Shown: piece after piece, positions 58,523 to 64,000 of the stretch
Layout of the letters: each line of letters opens with the position of its first letter
Numbering within the stretch: position 1 is the first letter of the stretch
From: a virus
IMG/VR virus record: IMGVR_UViG_3300028840_001508
Coordinates: 32,962 to 96,961 of that record
DNA length: 64,000 nt
Strand: one strand, 5' to 3'
Position numbers and translations under genes: made by a program
The notes under the pieces: generated by a model
What the model saw: only the letters and a program-made list of their open reading frames with translations
The model's database searches: none
Told to the model about the DNA's origin: nothing

Positions 58523-60863
58523 ATGAAAGCCAAAACTGAATTCAAGACATTTGTGCCGAAATGCAGTAGACAGGAAGGAGATAGGGAAATGCAGGGATTT
58601 GAACGATATGAAATAAGGGAGACGGGGCGAAAACTGGAACGTGGGGAGCATGTACCCATGTCAGTGTTGTGCCGTCAGAATATGGCGGTAAACAGGAAAT
58701 CGGTAACAGAGGGAGAATGGTACGATATTAAAGGCGTTGTAGAGCATACAGAATACGAAGAAATGGTTTTACAGCTCTTCGCCCCATACACCCTCCGCAA
58801 GTGGGAAGCGGCGGGGAGACTATGGGAGAAAGCGGAGGCAGGGGAAATCCCAGAGGGTGTGGCGTCAGAGGTAGTCAAGCAACTAAGTTAGAGCGGCTCA
58901 CAAGCCGCAAGCTGACCGACTTCACGCGATAGTCCAGTATGCAGAGGTCAGTTGACGCTGGACAGAAAGGGGATAGGGAAATGAAAAAGGTAGAATGTGC
59001 AATATGTGAGAAAAAAATTGAAGAAGGTACATACTGTGATGCGTGTGCAGAGGAACTTGACAGCTTCTTTGAGCAAGCCACACACATTTCGGGACGCAAC
59101 TATGACAAGGAGCGTCAGGATCCTGATACTGCTTTTGAGTTTCAGGATGACCTTCAGGCCGCGTTTCGGCGCGGTGCGGTTGTGTTCGATGGCAAGTATC
59201 TGAAGTCGATAGGCACATTTGAGACACATTACAAGATTCTATAGCCCGAGGCCCCCGCGAGGGGGCTGAGCCGGTGCGCAATGTGCAAAGCCGGTAACAA
59301 CAAACGCCGCCTGCTAGGGTGCGGGCGGCAATAGGCGGCAGGAGCCGCGATGGAGGTATGGAAATGTTGATATACTGGATGGGCAGTGGAGGCGGAAAGT
59401 ATTGTGCTTATATTCCACCCCCAGGGGAAGAAATTGAAACTGAATACCTGGGGGAATTCAGCGATTCCCAGTGGTGTGACCAATGGGGTACTCTTCCTTG
59501 GTCATGCCTGGATGAAATGTTAAAGGATCGCGGAGTACCACTGGATGAAGTGGTATACAATCGCGGCCCTTGGGCAAACCTATCGGATGCAGAAGCCACC
59601 GAAAGGTGGCATCATGTTCATATACCGGAAAAATTTCAAGATGATGTCGAAGTGTGGGTCTGGGACACTGCGCCAGAAGCAACCACCCTTTTGCTGAGGC
59701 GCCTAGGCAAACTGAGTAAATACCCACCACTTATGCTACTTATGCGCGGCGGTCAGCTTGACGCGGCCACAAGCGGTAGAAGCCGCAAGGAGGAATGAGA
59801 TGGGGTTTGGAAATTTTGGAAACGTTGCAGGAGCCTGGTCGTGTTCGGAATATTCCGAACACAACACCAGGGGAATCTTAAAGGTAGGGCAAGCAGGGAG
59901 AACAGAGCAGGCGAAAAAGGCCTGTGCTGCCTGCAATTTCAAAGCCGATGACCCGCAGTGGAGGCAAGCTGCGGGTGATGGAGAGGACAGAATTTACATG
60001 GAATTTGAGAGTCGGGCGGCTTTAACAAAAAGATAGGCTAAGCCGCCTGGGAGGAAAGGAAAGGATCATGATACTCAAGATAACAACCAGGCGGCAACTC
60101 TTGGATGAATTGGCAGCCATCAAGAGTTGCCACCTGGTCAAGCTCAGTAAATGTACCACCAAGCGGGATGCCCTCTATCACGAGGGCATTCTAAATATCA
60201 TAACATATTCTATATTCGCTGTCAACCGTAAACGCCTGAAGTCAGTAGTCTTTGGCGTTTATCACGTCTTCACGGGCTGGAAGCAGCTTCGTCGTGAGTT
60301 GGAAGCCAGGGAGATGCGGGCGAATGGACAGCGGGCATGGTGTGTAGGGCATGGATACTGGACGCTGGCGGAGGAACACGCTGGCGAAGCATTGGCGTGT
60401 GAGACGCTGGTGAGGATGATAGGAGGGTGAAAGGATGCCAGAATATAGGGTAATTAAGTCATTCAATAAATGGATAGTAAAGTGTCCATACTACGGCAAT
60501 GTACGCATATTGGAATGCCACAACTGTACATATCATGGTTATGAGACGTTCTACACTGAACCAGAAGAAGGCAAAGTGCTATGTACGAGGGGTATTAAAA
60601 GGAGGTAAAATATGCCACACGAAGCAGAGGAACTATACAAGCAAATATCAAGCTTTGTGAATAGTCGCCGCTGTTTGGGCAAGCATGTGGGAGCAGAGAT
60701 GATAAGGGATCATCCGCTCCTGCAAGCCTACGTCGTCAGCTTGATGCTGGATATGATCAAGGCGATGGCAGAGAATGACTATATTACGCCACAGAATGAA
60801 GCGGCTGTGGAATTATGCAGGAAGATAATGGATGCTGTTGGTGAGTCTCCCAGGTATTTGTAA
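58523..60863 (+). other. Rightward early genes: short hypothetical ORFs separated by structured spacers
   Basis: 58523/58589-58891, 58981-59244, 59358-59798, ~59800-60036, 60068-60430, 60612-60863; repeated RBS GATAGGGAAATG. Confidence 0.55.
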
Positions 60864-60892
60864 GAGGTGTATTATGACTGAAGGAGGTAATC

Positions 60893-61168
60893 ATGGAATG
60901 GATAACGATGAGTGCTGCTTGCAGACTGACTGGCAAACAGCGCCAGTCTATAGCGAACCCCCGCGAACGCGGGGAAATACCGAGCAAACGGAATGGCGGG
61001 CATCATTGGCTGGTGGGGAAAGAGGCATTGTTAGACTACTTCCGTAACAAAGCTCGTGTACAGATCCTCGATGGCGTTGCCGACTTCTGTAAGTGTGCGA
61101 CGCTTGAACAGGTCGAGGCGCTGTTGCGGGAGGTGGAGAGGGCAGTAAGGGAAGGGTGTGAGGGGTGA
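60893..61168 (+). CDS. Excisionase-like HTH DNA-binding protein
   Basis: WITMSAACRLTG..RQSI.....RGEIP........W.V...AL. Confidence 0.65.
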   Translation: MEWITMSAACRLTGKQRQSIANPRERGEIPSKRNGGHHWLVGKEALLDYFRNKARVQILDGVADFCKCATLEQVEALLREVERAVREGCEG

Positions 61169-62474
61169 TGCGCTTAAATAGAATCGGCAACGTAGAAAGA
61201 TTTATAGAAGCCCTCCGCAATGTAGACCATTACGAATTAAAGAGCCTTAATACATACCAAGGCTTCGGTAATGCTCTTGATGAATATGTTGCGGCTGAAG
61301 GCAAACCGGGCAAGGCATATACCTGGACAAATCTGCTAACCTCTATTGCTGATATGATAGAGGAAGCGATGGAAAGGGGGTAATGAGTGATGAAAGTCTT
61401 TTTAGCGACGCAACAGGGACAAGGACAACGACCAAATGACTTCTGCCATGCCTGGGAACGTGAGCTTGTCCGCTTCGGCATGGATTGTGACTGGGAGGCC
61501 GTTGATGGCCTATGTGGTTGTCGTCGGAGTATGGTAGGTTTCAGGAGTTCCAAGTCTACCACCACATTCAAAGTCGTCGAAGTAGATATGAGCCTTGACG
61601 ACTTTCTGGAGTGCTACCGAACCAGCCTGAAGGTGGATGGATATGGCTTCATATCTGAGGACAATATGACCAAGTACGGCGTGGAATTGACACAACTCGC
61701 AGCAACCTTTCCTGTGAACGTCGTGCTTGAGAGGAGAGAGCAGATACAGGTTAGGAATATCAGGAAAGGAGGGATGAATGATGCTAACAAAAGCGGATGT
61801 CAGGGCAGCATTGGAAGTGCAATATAAAGCTGAAGATGTGAATGCGTTTATGGCATACCTTGATAAACTGCTGGAAGCAAAGAACCCCTCGACTGTCATT
61901 CATAGTCGCATCAAACTAACACAATCACAGCTAGTCAATCGTATCAATAGCACAGCATTGATGCTGGAACAGGCTGCAAACAATGTGAACGACATGCAAT
62001 TGGACGCACTTAAGCCTGTCCTAGATGATTTCAGGGCTATAGAGGCGATGGTAAGCCAGTTGAAGGCCCAGCTTGTACTGTTTAACCAGGTTCAGAGTTT
62101 GGATGACGGGGAATAGCGGCTGATGCCGTGGAAGGAGAAGGGAAATGCTTAATAGTGATAGAGTAAACGAAGTCTTTATGGATTGCTTGTTTCGGGATGG
62201 AGAAAAAACTGATAACCATGTCTTAGTGAAGGCTGTTATGGCAAGCTATGGCTTTCACCCGAAACGCTTAGAGCAGCATAGGCAGGATGTTAGAGAGATG
62301 TTAGCAGAACTTCCAGATCAATTCAAGCAATCCAAGGGAAAGGGGTGGTCTTTTCTTAATGCCTGTGAAGATAAACACGGCCATTTATGGTCGGGTCTTC
62401 ATGCAGTGGTAGACCAGTTATTTGCATTGGGAATGGCATTGAAGCTGGTTAGTAAAATCAGTTTGCTGACGTAA
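61165..62474 (+). other. Four hypothetical phage ORFs (61165-61383, 61387-61827, 61778-62116, 62145-62474)
   Basis: ORF track; RBS. Confidence 0.55.
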
Positions 62475-62531
62475 TGCCCTACTTCTGCATATTAGATGAG
62501 GAAACCCCGCATGAAGCGGAAGGAGAGGAAA

Positions 62532-63389
62532 ATGTCACATTTCAATGTTCTAGTCATCGGTGAAAACCAAAACAGATATGATATAGTTTTAGGTGAGGAT
62601 AGTGTTAAAGCACAACTAGATCCTTTTTGGGAGCTTGACTTGTATCCTGAAGAGATGGCAGAAGATCCCAGAGCCGAATTCAGGATCGAGATTCCCCATG
62701 ATAATATACCTGTCAAGGCTAAAGAGATAGCCGAAGACTATATCGCTTGGCAAAGAGAGCGGAGTAATCCAGATATGGATAAGATACAGAAATATACCGC
62801 ATATCTGGAACATGAATGCTGGATAGCCATTCTTGATGATTATCAAGGAGGTGGTCAGGATATTCACGGCAACTGGGGATACTGGCATAATCCCAGGGCA
62901 AAATGGGACTGGTATCAAATAGGCGGTAGGTGGCGAGGATACTTCAAGCTCAAGCCGTATACAATAGCCCTTGCTCTTGGCGATCCTTCATGGTGTAACG
63001 AAAATCAGCCAGTAGATACGGACAGGGCTGATCAGGCGTTCAAGGGTGATATAGACTGGAAAGCAATGAAAGCTCAAGGCAGGGCTGAAGGTGAAAGTCA
63101 ATGGACAGAACATTTGAAGAAGCTTGAGAGCGGCGATGAAACATATAGCCCATATTTTGATTATCGCATAAGGCAAGGTGAAACAAGGGAAACCTTCATC
63201 GCTAGAGCGGAATCAGTAGCGACATTTGCCGTAGTCAAGGATGGTGAATGGTATGAACGGGGCGAAATGGGATGGTGGGCTTGCATATCAAATGAGAAGC
63301 CCCAAGATCAGTGGGATGAAGAGTTTGACAAGCTGGTAATGGGCTTGCCCGATCATACGCTGTTGACACTGGTTGATTGTCACATATAG
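62532..63389 (+). CDS. Conserved hypothetical phage protein
   Basis: MSHF.VLVIG...NP.AKWDWY.IGGRW...DGEW.E.G.MGWW...LTLVDCHI. Confidence 0.7.
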   Translation: MSHFNVLVIGENQNRYDIVLGEDSVKAQLDPFWELDLYPEEMAEDPRAEFRIEIPHDNIPVKAKEIAEDYIAWQRERSNPDMDKIQKYTAYLEHECWIAILDDYQGGGQDIHGNWGYWHNPRAKWDWYQIGGRWRGYFKLKPYTIALALGDPSWCNENQPVDTDRADQAFKGDIDWKAMKAQGRAEGESQWTEHLKKLESGDETYSPYFDYRIRQGETRETFIARAESVATFAVVKDGEWYERGEMGWWACISNEKPQDQWDEEFDKLVMGLPDHTLLTLVDCHI

Positions 63390-63459
63390 CTTGATGCAAG
63401 CAGGAAACCCCGCCCCACGAAGCGATACGCTGAGGATCAGGACGGGGTTCCTGCAAAAG

Positions 63460-63498
63460 AAAAGCCGCCAGGCGGGTAACCTGGCGGCTTTTTACTTT
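63460..63498. terminator. Bidirectional intrinsic terminator
   Basis: AAAAGCCGCCAGG/CCTGGCGGCTTTT between convergent genes. Confidence 0.85.
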
Positions 63499-63594
63499 AC
63501 GGCTATGTAGTATATACATTGCGCCAGTGAAAGATTATCCAGATTACGTCTATCACTTTCCTTATAGCATTCCTGATGTGCTTCACGATACACC

Positions 63595-63999
63595 TCATTG
63601 CGCTAATGCCACAAGTGCAACTATCCAAGTTGCCCAGCCCAACACGGCGTAGGTAGCATTCTCACGCTTGGCCTTGGCTTTGTATGCCTGCACGTACCCG
63701 GCCGCGTATTCAGGCGATTTGTTCATGTACTTGTACGGCGGCGGCTCAGGCACAACAAACATCGCCAGCCCCACCCCGAAGATGCCACAGCCGACACCAG
63801 CCAGAACCCAGGCGGGATTCGGCGTGTAGTCGCGTGTACCGTCTATGTGACCCTGACTGTAGTCGTCGAGGGTAGTGGGTGGCGGTGCGGTGAATTGGGT
63901 ATGGGTGCAGGATGATAGACAGATTAAGATTGCTATGCCGCACAGGTTTTTCATTATTTGAACCTCGCTAAACAGTTCCGACCTTCCTCTGAATCCCAA
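63595..63999 (-). CDS. Membrane lipoprotein (likely start ~63954)
   Basis: MKNLCGIAILICLSS-C lipobox; two hydrophobic segments; PPP...KSPEY..GY..AYK. Confidence 0.6.
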   Translation of the reverse strand: MGFRGRSELFSEVQIMKNLCGIAILICLSSCTHTQFTAPPPTTLDDYSQGHIDGTRDYTPNPAWVLAGVGCGIFGVGLAMFVVPEPPPYKYMNKSPEYAAGYVQAYKAKAKRENATYAVLGWATWIVALVALAQ

Positions 64000-64000
64000 T

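Noticed and set aside
59265-59300. Twister/twister-sister/hammerhead ribozyme
   Set aside because: Only superficial CCGGT...AAGCCGG similarity; conserved catalytic cores not identifiable by eye
63400-63454. Extra hairpin upstream of the bidirectional terminator as a separate ncRNA
   Set aside because: A single stem-loop with no further support; may be only a 3' UTR structure
1-64000. Alternative genetic code, and the many antisense ORFs in the track
   Set aside because: Core genes are intact under code 11 and use all three stops; antisense ORFs shadow well-supported genes and lack RBS or motifs

Overview
This window is a 64-kb segment of a tailed dsDNA phage with a siphovirus-like gene order. 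Terminase, portal and any integrase lie outside it. From 1 to ~48.4 kb (+) is the late module: MuF head protein with a C-terminal HExxH domain, a prohead protease fused to an AAA+ ATPase, HK97-type major capsid protein, three paralogous fibre-like proteins, PKD and LamG proteins, neck, two tail tubes, a probable frameshifted chaperone pair, tape measure and tail tip. Interleaved with the virion genes is a methylation/sulfation/glycosylation gene set: 2 SAM methyltransferases, a HIGH nucleotidyltransferase, APS kinase, 2 sulfotransferases, and GT9-GT2-TPR and GT8-GT9 fusions. The late module also carries tRNA-Asn, an HTH/HNH moron, an RCC1 protein, a metallophosphoesterase, a radical-SAM-like protein, a DNA methyltransferase and a secreted papain-family protease. 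From ~48.5 to 57.8 kb (-) is an early/replication arm: tRNA-Thr with an unusual G37, a lambda-O-like initiator with an internal iteron-like cluster, an HTH/coiled-coil protein, and Ro60/Rsr preceded by three tandem Y-RNA-like elements (two with circularly permuted tRNA domains) behind a perfect sigma70 promoter. A divergent promoter at 58.07 kb drives a ~400-nt highly base-paired, apparently non-coding RNA, followed by small early genes. All assignments come from motif recognition by eye; no searches were run.
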